Origin: Octopus bimaculoides
Taxonomy: Eukaryota
Assembly (NCBI RefSeq): GCF_001194135.2
Contig: NC_068991.1
Location: 42,272,506-42,336,505, forward strand
Length of the DNA stretch: 64,000 nt
Reading direction: 5' to 3'
Below the pieces are notes generated by a model. The model was not told the origin of the DNA. It saw only the letters and a program-made list of their open reading frames with translations, and searched no databases. This document shows, piece after piece, positions 1 to 14,179 of this stretch. Position numbers and translations under genes: made by a program. Every line of letters starts with the position of its first letter. The first letter of the stretch is position 1.

Positions 1-1772
1 TCTGCTTAGATGAGATGCAGTTTGGTTTTGTGCCAGGTAGAAGCACTGCTGATGCTATATTCCTGGTATGGCAACTTCAGGAGAAATACCTAGCCAAAGA
101 TAAACCCCTATACTTGGCTTTTATGGACTTGGAGAAAACCTTTGACAGGGTCCCCCAATCCCTTATCTAGTGAGCAATGTGGAAACTGGGGATTGATGAA
201 TGGTTAATAAGGGCTGTACAGGTCCTATACAGAGATGCCGTTAGTAAGGTTAGAGTTGGCAATGAGTATAGTGAAGAATTCCGGGTAGAAGTAGGGGGTC
301 TACCAAGGATCAGCCCTCAGCCCCCTCTTATTCATCATAGTCCTCCAGGCAATAACAGAAGAATTCATGACAGGTTGCCCCTGGGAGCTCCTCTATGCTG
401 ATAACCTAGCCCTCATAGCAGAATCACTACCAGAACTAGAGGAGAAATTTCAGGTGTGGAAGCAAAGTTTAGAATTGAAGGGCCTTAGTCAATGTTGCAA
501 AGACCAAAGTTCTGGTAAGTAGGAAGGCGAACACATCACACACCTCTTCAGGTAGGTGGCCCTGCTTGATCTGTAGAAAAGGTGTAGGTAGAAACTCCAT
601 AAGATGTACCCAGTGTAAGCTATGGACACATAAGTGGTGCAACAACATCAAAGGAAGATAGCTTTCATGTGTGGCAGATGCATAGGGGCAATAAACACCA
701 CAGATGCTCAGAAAACTGATTCCATCAGATGTCAGGGGAAGAAACTAGTAGTTGATAGCTTCTACTACCTAGGTGACCAAGTCTGTAGTGGGGGTGGATG
801 CTCAGAGAGTGTTACCACTAGAATAAGAATAGCCTGGGCAAAGTTGAGAAAGCCCCTACTCCTACTGGTGATAAAGGGCCTCTCGCTCAGAGTGAAAGGT
901 AGATTGTACGATGCATGTGTGCATACTGCCATGCTTCACAGCAGTGAAACATGGGCCATGACTGCTGAAGACATGCGTAGGCTTGAAAGAAATGAAGCTA
1001 GCATGATTTCCTGGGTGTGTCATGTCAGTGTGCACACATGACAGAGTGTAAGCACCCTGAGAGAAATGATGGATATAAGAAGCATCAGAGTGGCATGCAA
1101 GAGAGACGTTTGCATTGGTATGGTCATGTACTATGGATGGATGAGGAGATCTGTGTGAAGAAGTGTCACTCCCAAACAGTGGAAGGAATCCGGGGTAGAG
1201 GGATGAGGTGGTAAAGCATGACCTTCGAATGTTGGGCCTCACAGAAGCAATGACAAAATATCGAGACCTCTGAAGATATGCTGTGACTGAGAAGACCCGG
1301 CAAATAAAGTGAGTTCACAGCTGTAACCTACACCAGTGNNNNNNNNNNGCAAATAAAGTGAGTTCACAGCTGTAACCTACACCAGTGTCACATAACCAGC
1401 CCACTCAAAAGTACCTTGGATCGTAGGGTGACATGCCATGCTTGAGGAGACCTACTGAGTCAATTGCAGTTGTGATCCCTGTGCTGGTGGCACGTAAAAG
1501 CACCAACTGAACGTGGTCAATGCCAGCACCACCTTGACTGCCTTCCATGCCGGTGGCACATAAAAAACACCAACCAATCGTGGTTGTTGCCAGCCCTCTC
1601 TGGCCCCTGTGCTGGTAGCGCGTAAAAAGCATCCACTACACTCTTGGAGTGGTTGGCGTTAGGAAGGGCATCCAGCTGAAGAAACACTGCAGGACCCTAG
1701 TGCAGCCTACTGGCTTCCCAGACCCCTGTCAAACCATCCAACCCATGCCAGCATGGAAAACGGACATTAAAC

Positions 1773-1812
<40 letters not shown>
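1..1812 (+). mobile_element. RTE-clade LINE 3' part (decayed RT, 3' UTR, (GAT)n tail)
   Basis: LDEMQFGFVPGR...DLEK.FDRVP, LYAD, GRLYDACV...MLH.SETWA and RRLHWYGHV motifs with stops and frameshifts; ends in taaacgatgatgat. Confidence 0.9.
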
Positions 1813-2354
1813 TTGCCTTTACTGAACTCATATAGCAAAATATGTTGAATATGTTCCTTTGTCACTTCCACTATAACTTTGAAAAAATAACTGTTAAAAT
1901 CAAACTGCACTCTTCAAAACTTGTATTAAGAATAAGGACAAGGTAAAATTACTACCTACTTTTATAACAAGTTGATGCAGGTAGTTTATCCTGTCCCCCT
2001 CTGACCACATTACTTATGAGATGACCCAGTATATAAATAGATGATAAGCAGCTTTCTTTATTATAGTAAAGATGTGACTGATTTGGAGAAACATTACTTT
2101 CATTATTCACACATCTCATAATGCAATACTGTAATTTTGGTTAAAATTGAAAGTATGAAACTATTTTCACTTTCTAATGAAACCTGGTCATTGTAGAGCA
2201 GTGTCTTTCAAATAACCAAAGTTGGTTGTTGAGATAACATAGAAGATATGTAAATGAAATTAAAGTTTATCTGGTAGCCGAATGATTACTGAATTTTTTG
2301 ATACCCTTTACACCAAAATTGGCAGCTCAGTTTTCGAATGCATAAGGAACATGT

Positions 2355-2390
<36 letters not shown>

Positions 2391-3947
2391 GCTCTCTTTT
2401 ATATACATAGAAAACTCTCTTTTAAAGATACAGATATATGATATAAAATGCACAGTATATACAATATACAATGTGCAGTACATACAATATAGAAATGCAT
2501 AGCATACACAATATCTATAATACACAGTATATACACAAACTGCAAACATAAATTTATAATTTATTTTGTTATAATGTTTATTACAATGTTCTCCCCCACC
2601 TCTCTCTCTCTCTCTCTCACTCATTGCGTAGGGGTAACCAATGGGAAATTGAAAAAAAACTGAAAATACTTTCTCTTGAAATATTAGAATCCTTAGCTGA
2701 TAAAACAAGAAGAAAAACTTCATACCAAAGTCACTCAACTCCATCTGAACACTTTCCAAAATGTTACAATCTCGCAACTTTCTAATAGCCATAAATTAAT
2801 GTTAATCCCAATTATTGCCATTTTCATGCATGTTTTTCCTTGCTTATACATGATGGCTATTTCCATGCATCATGATGAGGAGTCACTTCCTCTTTAAAAC
2901 CTCTAATGTTCATAGATTTCACATTACATCTTCCAAAAATCTTTTTGAATAACTCAAGAAGGAACACCATCTGTCAGCAATCCCACCAACATTTTATATC
3001 ACACAACTCTGCTAAAACCACATAAGCATCTCTCCTGTATACAATAACTAACATTCAGTTAACGTTTTTTTTTTTAACATGCATGCATTCAGTCTTCTTT
3101 CTATGTTAATGCTCCACATTTCACAGAAACATATTCAATTCCTTTACTTCCAGTTGCTATAAAATCATTGCATTCAGTGTTCATCATCATAAGTTCTTTC
3201 TGCTATAAGCACAAGGCCTTAAATTTTGTGTGAAGGGTTAAGTTGAATTCATCGACCCCAGTACTTGACTAGTATTTATTTTATCAACCCCAAAAGGATG
3301 AAAGGTAAAGTCAAGCTCAATGGCATTTGAACTCAAAACGTAAAGAGCCAGAAGAAATGCTGCTGAATTCAACTTAACCCTTCACACAGTAATGCAGTAA
3401 TGATTCTGCTAGCTCTCCACATAATGATAATTGTAATTGTTGTTGTTGACATCTGTACAGATTTAGAAAACACAAGCTAAGGAAGGATTCTCTTATTGTA
3501 GATTACTTGACCTACTAGAAATAACACCCAAATATACCTCAAAGTACACTTTGTCACCTTAAAAAATGATGCATTGAAAAATGTAGCCCAGATTACACAA
3601 ATCTTAAAAAAAAAAATTGAAGGGCCCTAAAAACTAAGAAATAAGGTGCTACTTATATACAGGACAGGTTATGCATGAAATAAAAGATTTTACTAACTTT
3701 CTATCTGAGACTGTAATAATTGGGTTGATGACTGCAGCAATATTTTTTGCAGCTTTATTTCATTTTAAAGGGCTTTTATTTTACAGTTCAGTAGTGATGT
3801 GAGAAGTGGGGAGTCTTTCAAGGGTCTACATTTTGGGGTCTTTATTTTAAGGTCTTTATTTTAAGGTCGTTTCAGGCTTATTTTGTTTTAAGATATATAT
3901 TTGTTTTGCAAGATTTTTGATGTGAAATCGTGTGTTGAAACAGATGT

Positions 3948-4166
3948 TGTTGTACTTGGGGATGGTCATATTGCCAGTTTAGCCAATAAAAACACACGCA
4001 CTGTATATTTGGTATTAATTTGCTTCAGCTTTATATTACATTACATTACATTAATCCTATAAATGTAATGTAATGTAATATAAAGCTGAAGCAAATTAAC
4101 ACCAAATATACAGTGCGTGTGTTTTTATTGGCTAAACTGGCAATATGACCATCCCCAAGTACAACA
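3948..4166. repeat. Near-perfect palindrome (105-bp arms, 9-nt loop, 1 mismatch)
   Basis: 3948-4052 is the reverse complement of 4062-4166 except ggtAtt vs ggtGtt. Confidence 0.9.
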
Positions 4167-5806
4167 TTTGTTTTAAGAATTATTATTTTACAGTTTTGTA
4201 AAATATCCATTTTTCCTTTTCATATTTTAGGCTTTCGGTTATTTCCCACATGATGTTTTTTTTTATCACACACACACACACACATTTTGTATTAATTCTC
4301 CATCATAAATTGCAATTTGTTTTTGTTCTGAATCATTAAACAATCCACATCACAACACTGGAAGTGTCAAGGTAACCATCTAAAACACACATATACTGTT
4401 ATATTGACTTTAGCTGTATTTTCATTAGTTTCCAATACAACCATTAGTATACAATACTATCATACTGCATGCATCCTGGTTTTGTTTTTTTGAACAGGAT
4501 TAATGTCAAGAAAGTCATTCTGCCATAAAACACAGCCTCAAAAAATTCTATCCAACATATTGATTTCAAATTTTGGCAAAAGGCCAGCAATTTCAGAAGA
4601 GGAAGTAAGTTGATTATATCAACCCCAGAATTTAACTGGTACTTATTTTATCTATCCTGAAAGGATGAAAGGCGAAGTTGACCTCAGTGGAATTTGAACT
4701 CAGAACACGAAGACACAAAATGTCACTAAGCATTTCAACTGGCGTGCTAATGGCTCGGCTAATTAGCTGCCTTAGTTCTGTGGTTTTGCTAATTTGTTTT
4801 AGGAGCCAATGTAATTGTGAGCAGACATAGACATCCTCTTAACTCTCCCCACTCTTGACCCAGCGGAACACTGAGGATATGACAGCTGGCAGAGGAGGGA
4901 GAGTTGCACCAGCACTTTGTTGGTATCTATTTCCATCTGAGTAGATTGGAGCAACATGAAATGAGAGAAGTGTCTTGTTCAAGGACATACTGCATCAGCC
5001 TGTCCCGGAGTCAACATAGAAAAAAAAGGATAAAGATGATTGTACATTTTAATGAGTTAAAAAAGTTTAGCTGTAAATTTATAACCAGGTCACTGATATT
5101 GTTTCACTGTATCTATCAGAAGCCAGCTAATAGCAAGTTTTGATAGGTGGTGGTGTAGAGAGGGGGGAAATCTGTTTGCTTTTTTTTTATTTTGTTTCAT
5201 TTTTAATCTTATTTTTGCACTTGTTGCAAATAACATTTTGATACGATGTCATAGCAATAAAATAATAATTGACAAATACTATAATGTTCTAAAGTAAGAG
5301 AATTGCTTGTTTATCATTGTTACTGATAGCAGTAGTAGCAGCAGTGATGATGGTGGTGGTGGTGGTGGTGTTGGCGGTGGCGGTGGTAGGATTACAGGAT
5401 TTTGAGTTGTGTGGTTGTTGGTTAGGATTTTTGAGTTAACTGGAGAAAAAACAGCATCAGGAAAATATAAAATACAGAAATGAGAGAAGTGTCCTTGTAA
5501 TATTATATAGCAAGGATTATGACAGTTGTTACAACAATGAGTGGCTGAAATGGGATACCTCTGAAGGTTCACTGGAGTAATGTTACATGATAGCATGGAC
5601 AACAGACATTAAATGATGATGATGATAGGGTGCATAACTCATATATTAGAGTGTTTCTCTGGTCAAACCATTACTTCACTGCACTGAAAGGCCACAGTTC
5701 TAATACTACAGACATGGTGATTGGTCCATTATATAAAATAAATAAAATAGAATACCTGGATATATATATATATATAGTCAGAACTAATATAATGATTAAT
5801 ACTCAC

Positions 5807-5865
5807 GGGTGTTTACTGAGTAAAAGAAATTCTACTGCAAGCTGTAGTCCAAATGAAGTGACAGC
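5807..5865 (-). CDS. GDPGP1: GDPGP1 coding exon 5 (AVTSFGLQLAVEFLLLSKHP, ends phase 2)
   Basis: ttattttacAG acceptor, CC|GTGAGT donor, 59 nt. Matches ...A.E..LLS.HP just before the GFR.GFNSL motif. I could not find the following exon (with the HIT-like NHLHLH motif) between 1 and 5806. Confidence 0.85.
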
Positions 5866-6982
5866 CTGTAAAATAATATATACAGTCTTATAGTTTGTAT
5901 TTTCAGTTTGACAAATATTGCACAGTTTGCTTTATAAATCACTCAATCCTGTTGTAGTAAATTTTATTTGTTTTCAAATTTTGGCACAAGGCCAGCAATT
6001 TCACAGTGGGGTAAGTTGGTTACATCAACTCCAGTGTTCAACTGGTACTTATTTTATCAACCCCAAAAGGATGAAAGGCAAGTCTACTCCAGTGGCATTT
6101 GAACTCAGAACAGACGGACAAGTAATGTATGGCCGGCAAGTAACGTATTTCTCTGCAATGTATGGATAATTTATTCTGATCACGCTATTTATAGCATTAT
6201 CATGCATTTGTGAAATGAATTTATTTCTATATCTAACAATACATCTCAACGCTTCTAAAAACAAACTTTGTTTACTTTCATCATAAAATAATATGAAATG
6301 CTCATAGGCATGAGGTTTTGGGTTCTATCCCTCCACATGACATCACAAGGAAATATCATTTTCTATAGCCTCATGTCAACCTGAGTGAAATTCTATAGAT
6401 GGAAACTGAAAAAAAGCTTGTCAGATGAATTGTGCTTGTAATTCAAAAGGTACTGCTTTGTCACACACACTACACCATGCTGATTCTGCCTTAGAATTAC
6501 ATTAAGGGCAGAGGAGTTTGTAGAATGCTCAGAAACTTAAAAGTTATTTCAGAAGCAGGTAATGCTGTTGTCCAAACAACTGAATCATCATCATCATCAT
6601 CATCATCATTATCATCATCAACCGATATAGATCCACCAATATGAAGTGCTATGTAACATGATAACCAATATTTGACAAATATATCTGGGGCTATCACACC
6701 AATATTTTTCAACAAAAATGCTAAAAAATGTTTTAAGCCTTTAAATAAGTTTCAAGCAGCAAATATACCTTCACATACTAAACTTTTTCATGTTATATTT
6801 TCCGTTCTCCTTTTCTTTTTAAATCTTTAAACCATATTTTATAATAGGGTACTTCAGCCATCTCGGTATTTAATAAGGATGGCATCATCATCACAATTTC
6901 AATATTTGCTTTGTTATGCTAGTCAGATTCCTAAATCTTCTAATCATGGAATTTTCCATCATCCATTCACACCAGTTTTTAA

Positions 6983-7202
6983 CCCTTCAGCATTCAGATT
7001 ACTCTGTCAAGTGTAACGTTTATATATTCACATTATTTTGAATTTCACATACTTTGTTTCATAGCTTTGAGATTTTGAAGATGTGATTCCTTATTTTTAG
7101 AATGACATTGTAGTAGAGGTATGAAAGGCTGGATCTGGCCAGTTTGAATATAAAACGGGAAAAATATTTGGACTGGATATGATCGGTTTCAATGCTAAGG
7201 GG
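6983..7202. mobile_element. piggyBac-like MITE
   Basis: TTAA on both sides (6979-6982, 7203-7206); termini CCCTTCAGCATT / AATGCTAAGGGG. A partial related copy is near 27385-27450. Confidence 0.7.
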
Positions 7203-8264
7203 TTAATCCAGTAGGTATCACCTATCTGCATGAGATGTCCAGAACAGTTGTCTCTCCTATATTCACATCAAACAAGACAAGATCCACTGTCTTAAAAAAA
7301 AATGTAATCTTGGATATGCATAAAAAGAAAGGGTAATCACAGCTGGAATGTCCACCTAGTCTCCTACTAACTGTCTCTTTCCCTGTCTCACCATCCTCTC
7401 TCCACTGCCTCTCCATTTGGAATGCTTGCACAGCATTCCCATTCCTGTTCTCCCCTCTTCCACCTATTTCTATGGTGCCTTCCAGCCTCTCTTTCCTTCA
7501 TTGCTCTCACTGCACTCAGTCACTGCTCCCCAACTCATTTTCTCTCATTACCCTCTCCCTACAATTCTTCCGGCTCCTCAACATCCCTCAGTATCTTCCC
7601 CTCCCCATCTGGCTTATACCCAGACCCTCCTAACGTTTCTTTCCTGCAAGGATTCTTTCAGAATTCCTCTCCACCCTAGTCTACTGCTCCCTTTCTGTCC
7701 CCTCTCCCTCATACCTTCCATCCGTATTTGCTCTTATAAAGTAGGATAGCCCTAGACATCTCCTGCATAACCAACCCAATTACTTTTCTACTCTGTCCTC
7801 CCACTTTTCTCAATAACTCCCCTGACAAATCTCTTCCCTTTTCTCTGTTCTCTACCACATTCCCTGCTGCCACTAATTAGTGCCTACTCTACTATTTTCA
7901 TACTCTCTCCTTTACTAATTCTATCAAAAATATAAATTCATTCCTCTCATCATCATGCCTTCTCTATCTTTCTTCGATTCTCCATTAGTCATCTTCACTA
8001 ACACTGTAGTCAAAAAGAGCACTCAGTACACTCTATAAGGTGGTAAGCATTAGGAAGGGCATCCAACTGTAGAAACCATGCCAAAACAGATACAAGAGCA
8101 TGATGAAGTCCTCCAGTTCATTAGAACCTGTTGAAACATTCAACCCATGACAGTATAGAAGACAGACATTAAATGATGATGATGATGACGATGCCCAAGA
8201 TGCTCAATATTTTCCCTATATCTCAGAATTTCTCCTCTCAAAAACAAGTATTGATTTATCTCAC

Positions 8265-8351
8265 CTGTGGAAGACATTTATTTATTTCAGGTACAATTAA
8301 ACAATGACCAAACTCCAAAGGACTCACATTGATGATAATTTTATTTTGCAA
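8265..8351 (-). CDS. GDPGP1: GDPGP1 coding exon 4 (LQNKIIINVSPLEFGHCLIVPEINKCLPQ)
   Basis: Poly-T tract + gtAG acceptor, CAG|GTGAGA donor, 87 nt. INVSPLE.GH.L.VP....LPQ motif. Confidence 0.95.
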
Positions 8352-9075
8352 CTACAAAAAAAGAAAAAAAGGGAAAATCAAAATTAGTACATCTAAAATG
8401 ACGAGAGCGGTCAATTAAAATTCATAATCACCATGTGAATTAAATCATTGCTTCACAATTATATTCAACTTGGCAATCATATTCATCAACTTGAAGCAAC
8501 AAATAGAATAGAATAGTTTTCTACTGCTCTTCATCATGTGCTCATGCAAAGTAGTTTTGTCATTTATCTCCTCTTCCCTCCAGAACCACTGCTATTTTAT
8601 ATCACTTTCTCCCAAATTCATATATAACCATTAATCACACCTCCACCCCCATCAGTCACTCTCCTCTCACGTTCTTACAAACTTATCCAGCTGCCCATCT
8701 CTACCTTCTGACATCTTATTTCCATCAGCATGTCTCTCTTTTCAGCTATTCCCACTCACATTATTATAATGCTGGGTAGCCATGTATCTCCTTGACAGCA
8801 AGATACCTGTTCCTGTCCTGCTGTCATAGTTTGCTTCTCAACATATGTCATATGGTACCTTCCTCTCTACGACCCTCCAAAGGTATTTATTTGTTTTGTG
8901 AGTAACTTGGCAACCTAAATAGTGCTAGTGCCACAAAAAAACCCACCCAACACACTCTGTAAAGTGGTTGGTGTTAGGAAGGGCATCCAACCATACAGAA
9001 CTCTGCCGCAGTCCACAAGCTCATTGGATTCTGGTAAACCATCTTACCCATGCCAGCATGGAAGGCAGATGTTAA

Positions 9076-9109
<34 letters not shown>

Positions 9110-10011
9110 GGAGGAGGAGGAGGAGGAGGAGATGTAGTCCTCCTGCTGTCTACAGCAACAAAAACATACCTTTATAAGAAAGATATTTTCAGCCAGATGG
9201 ACTGAGCCGTTGAAATTTAAGTGTCTATCAGGGTTACATTAAGTACCAATAGCAGATGAACTATTGACACTTCCACACGAAAATCATTGCAGTTAATTCA
9301 TAATCCTTAACATGTTAACTGACACATGTACCACTGGTGGTTCACCATAAACTTCACCATATGCCACATGCAGTGATATATTTCCATAATTTGAGAAAAT
9401 ATTATACTCTGTATCTTTGACATGGTTTCAAGGATGTTTAAATATTGATTTCAAATTTTGGCACAAGGCCAGCAATTTCAGGCAAGAGATATGTCAATTA
9501 TATCAACCCCAGTGTTCAAATTGGTACTTAATTTAACAATCCCGAAAGGATGAAAAGCAAAGTAGAGCTTGGCAGAATTTGAACACAGAATGTAAACATG
9601 GATGAAATGCCACTCAGCATTTTGTCCAGATTCTGCCAACTCGCTGCCTTTACGAGTGCTAAATAGTAAAACATAATTATGAAATATTGTTAGAAAGTAA
9701 AAAAAATTACATTTCCTTGTAATTAAACAGTATGTAGTTTGACCAAGAATACATGGCATCACCAGTAACAGCTGAGGTGGTTAACATGTTAAGGATCATT
9801 TCAGAAAATCATACAAAATATAAACTATCACAAAATTTAATTAAATGCCTGGAAACATCTCAATTTATTTCAATCTTCCTAGGAAAGATTTTTTATGTAC
9901 AGTAAAATTTTTCAGAGTGTAGCTAAAATATGGTTACATATATTGAATAAGATACAATCATAACCTTGCTTAGTTCTGATATAAAGTGCATCTTCTTCCT
10001 GTTATTTCTTC

Positions 10012-10055
<44 letters not shown>

Positions 10056-12122
10056 TTTATCCTCTATTTGTTTCAGTCATTAGACTACAGCCATACTGGG
10101 GCACCACCTTGAAGAGTTTCTAGTTGAACAATTTGACCCCAGTACTGTTTTTTCCTTAAAGCCTGGTACTTATTCTATCTGTCTCTTTCACTGAACTGCT
10201 AAGTTACAGGGCATAAACTAACCAACACTAGTTGTCAAGCGGTGGTGCAGAACAAATATGGACACACACACACACACACACACACACGCATATATGTGAC
10301 AGGCTTTTTTCAGTTTCCATCTACCAAATCCACAAGGCTTTGGTTGGCCAAAGGTTATAGTAGAAGACACTTTCCCAAAGTGCCACACAGTGAGACCGAA
10401 CCAAGAACTATATGGCTGGGAAGCAAGCTTCGTAGTACATAGCCATGCCTGAGCCTATATATATATANNNNNNNNNNNNNNNNNNNNNNNNNNNNNNNNN
10501 NNNNNNNNNNNNNNNNNNNNNNNNNNNNNNNNNNNNNNNNNNNNNNNNNNNNNNNNNNNNTATATGTATATATATATGAATATATGTAATACTATATTAA
10601 TATGTGTGTGTGTGTTTGTGTTTGTCCACCACCACTGCTTGACAAGTGGTGTTGGTTTGTTTGCATTTCCATAACTTAGCAGTTCATCAAAAGAGACAAA
10701 CAGAAAAAGGACTAGGCTTACAAAAATAAGTATTGGGGATGATTTGTTTGACTCAACCTTCATGGTGGTGCCCTAGCATGGTTGCAATCCATTGACTGAA
10801 ACAAGTAAAAGAGAAAAGAGAAAATCAAATCTATACCAACAATTAACATCATTATCATCACCATCATCAACGTTTTCGTGTGTGTATTTCTGCAATAGTT
10901 CACATAACCATGTGTCACCAACATTTCCAACAATGGATAGAAATGCTTAATTGTATAGAAAAAGAAAAGAAAATCAGTCATCAGGTGCTAGCTATACCCA
11001 TAGCATGCAGCCAATTGTCATCATCATAAGCATCAACATTTAACATCTGTTTTCCATGCTAGCATGGATTGGATGGCTTGACAGGGACAGGTAAGGCCAG
11101 GGAACACACAAGATTCCATAGTCGGTTTTGGCTTGGATGCCCTTCCTAATACCAACCACTTTACAGAGTGTATTGGGTACTTTTTATGTGGCGCCATCAT
11201 CAATGCTTTTTATGTGGAATCAATACCAGTGCTTTTTTATGTGGCACCAGCACCCACACCAATGCATTTTATGTGGCACCTTGGTTTTAGGATCTCAATT
11301 CTGTTACGGTGGATGGATTTTCTTGAGTACAGCAATGTGGCACATATCTCAGTCCTCTATCATCTCCTTTGTAACGTTCAGCGTTTTGAGATTAGCCTTC
11401 AAAACTTCGTCCCATGTCATTCAGGGTCTCCCTCTTACACAACTTCCCTCCACTTTAAGTGATTGGCTGTTAAATATATTACAGACCTCTACAAGGATCC
11501 ATAATACCACTTTTTCAGCATACAAGTTGAATTTTTTTTAGACTAAAATTTACAACCAAGTAAGGTAGATCAACACCAAGATGACTTTGGAGGACCATGT
11601 GAAATACAGCAAGATTTGAAAAGATAGTAACAATGTTCAAATGCTTACACTACATATTTACACTATATACTACATGTTTAAACTATCATCATCATCGTCA
11701 TTGTTTAATGCCTGCATTCCATGCTGGCATGAGTTGGATGGTTTGACAGAAGCTGGCCAGGCAGGAACCTGCACCAGACTTCGGTGTCTGTTCTGACACA
11801 GTTTTTACAGCTGGATGCCCTTCCTAAAACCAACCACCCAGTAGAGTAGACAGAGTACTTTTTACATGGCACAAGCATAGGCGAGGTCAATTTTAGCATG
11901 GATTTTACAGCTGGATGCCTTTCCAAATGCCAACCACTTTACAGTGTGGACTGGATTGGAAAATACAGTATTTGTTAATGCAAAAGCGACAATGTCTGAA
12001 ATTTTGTCTAATAATAAAACCAATGTTATAATTTGTATATGTGAATGCACAGACAAGTAGGCATACATGTATGTGCAACATGCAATTTCAAAGAAAGAAA
12101 TAAAAATATTGTCGTTTCTTAC

Positions 12123-12284
12123 CTTATCGTGTGGATCATGATTCATCCAGTGCAAACCAACTGGTAACAGTAATACTTCTTTTTCATGAATCTTATTGAA
12201 GTTGAAAGAATTTGGATCAAATTCCTGATTGACACTTTGAATATGTTGAGGTTTTCTTCTCTCAATAAACCTGAGAGGATTTAA
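12123..12284 (-). CDS. GDPGP1: GDPGP1 coding exon 3 ([54 protein letters not shown])
   Basis: ttatttaacAAG acceptor, AAG|GTAAGA donor, 162 nt. Contains the family motif LN..R...RR.PQ.I.SV.Q.FDP..FNFNKI...EVL. Confidence 0.95.
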
Positions 12285-12382
12285 CTTGTTAAATAAAAAA
12301 CAAATTATGATTACATTAAATATGTAAACTTGATAACATGAACACAAACAATACACTGCTACTATTAACAATAACAATAAAA

Positions 12383-13157
12383 ATCCTTTCTACTAAAGGC
12401 TCAAAGCCTGAAATTTTGGGCGGGGAGACTAGTTGATTACATCGACCCCAGTATTTCACTGGTACTTAATTTATTAACTCTGGAAGATTAAAAAGCAAAG
12501 TCAGCCTCAGCAGAATTTGAACTCAGAATGTAAACACAGACAAAATGCTGCTAAGCATTTTGCCCAGCAGGTAACAATTCTGCCAGTTCACCACCATAAT
12601 AATAATAATAATAATAATCCTTTCTGCTAAAGGCACAAGGCCTGGAATTTTGGTGGAAGGGACAAATCAATTACATTGACCCCAGTATTCAACTGGTACT
12701 TAATTTATTGACCCAGAAAGGATGAAAGGCAAAGTTGACCTTGGTGGGTTTTGAACTCAGAACATAAAGAAAAACAAAATACCGCTAAGCATTTTGCCTG
12801 GTGTGCTAATGATTTTGCCAGCTTGCCACCTTAATAATAATCTTTTCTACTAAAGGTACAGGGCCTGAAATTTTTGGGGAGGGGACTAGTCAATTACATC
12901 GACCTCAGTATATCACTGGTACTTAATTTATTGACCCTGAAAGGATGAAAGGCAAAGCTGACCTCGGCGGAATCTGAACTCAGAATGTAGCAATGGGTGA
13001 AATACCATCCAGAATGCTAACAATAATAATAATAATAGATGATAGTAATAATAATAATCCTTTCTACTAAAACCACAAGCCTGAAATTTTGGGGAAGGGG
13101 ATTAGTTAATTGCACCAACCCTAGTGCTCAACTGGTACTAATTTCATCAACCCGCCT
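12383..13157 (-). mobile_element. Head-to-tail array of four copies of one ~215-bp SINE
   Basis: Repeated unit atcctttctactaaagg...ggatgaaaggcaaag...gaatttgaactcagaa, separated by (AAT)n. Dispersed copies near 3190, 4560, 5970, 9440, 15910, 18310, 42170, 43330, 51900, 53045 and 58085. Confidence 0.85.
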
Positions 13158-13181
13158 TCTCCTCCTCACTACTGCCGCCAC

Positions 13182-13221
<40 letters not shown>

Positions 13222-13449
13222 GTTATTATATCCACTGAGGTAGATTTTCTATGCTCAATGACCTTTCTGTTGCCAACCCTCACTTGTTTCCAAACAAGGT
13301 TATGCTTTCTTGGTAGGAGTCTGGCATATTTTTCAGGAAAGACCAGAGACAGACATCACAAGCATTACTGTCATAACACTCATTTGCAACTATCACATGA
13401 TGTCAAGACAAGGAGACATTAGCACACACACACACACTATATATGCATA

Positions 13450-13666
13450 CAAAGAGGTGCTGAAAAGTTCCTCATTTTGGGTAAAAGAAAATACAAGAGG
13501 ATCAGTTAATTATGATTTTATTCAACATATTTCCCTCTTGGATTCACACATGTATTGTAGTGGGCCTTCAGTTTTTCTAAACCCTGTAGAAGAACTTGGA
13601 AGATTAGGTCTCCAACTAGGCCTTTCGCAATACCCTTAAAGCCAGGAACTTTTCAGTACCCCCTCG
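13450..13666. mobile_element. Mariner-type MITE
   Basis: TIR (c)gagggggtgctgaaaagttcc / ggaacttttcagtaccccctcg with TA at both ends; same family at 47791-47999 and 45760-45911. Confidence 0.8.
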
Positions 13667-14179
13667 TATATAAGCAAGAGTTTTCTTTCAGTTTCTGTTA
13701 ACCAAATCCACACAAGGCTTTGGTTAGTCCAGGGCTATAGCGAAAGACACTTGCCCGAGTCACATAGTGGTACTGAACCTGAAACAACTTGGTTGGGAAG
13801 TAAGCTTCTTACCTACACAACCATGCTGCATCTAATATATTTATATTATTATATTAGTAAGAGTGGATTTCATCATCGTGTAAACTATCAAATAAACATA
13901 GGATACTCTTTCTACAAATAACTAATTGATCATAAAGTAAGAGCAACATATTTTTACCAATGAACAAGTGATGAGTTAAAAATTTTACTCAGTCTTACTA
14001 CAGAAATTCAGTTGTGTTTCTGGCAAGAATACATTGCTGTTTGATTTAGCAACAGAAAGGGAATCCGACATTTTTATCAAATGTTTATTGAGATTCATGG
14101 CTGTGTATTAAATCACTATTTGGAAACATAAAAAGTATAACATATTTCAAACCATAAATAATTAGATGAATACACTTAC

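Noticed and set aside
1300-1387. Exact 39-bp direct repeat flanking a 10-N gap
   Set aside because: Typical contig-overlap (negative gap) artifact, not a biological duplication.
2236-2262. Minus-strand FHLHIFY, resembling the GDPGP1 HIT-like motif
   Set aside because: In-frame TAA immediately upstream, no acceptor, and no GFNSL...SVNH context.
2286-2792. 168-aa minus-strand ORF
   Set aside because: Runs through (CA)n, (CT)n and AT-rich simple sequence; no recognisable domain.
7222-7295. Possible minus-strand exon (poly-T + AAG ... AG|GTGATA) between GDPGP1 exons 4 and 5
   Set aside because: Stops in all useful frames, and exons 4 and 5 already join in frame with no missing conserved sequence.
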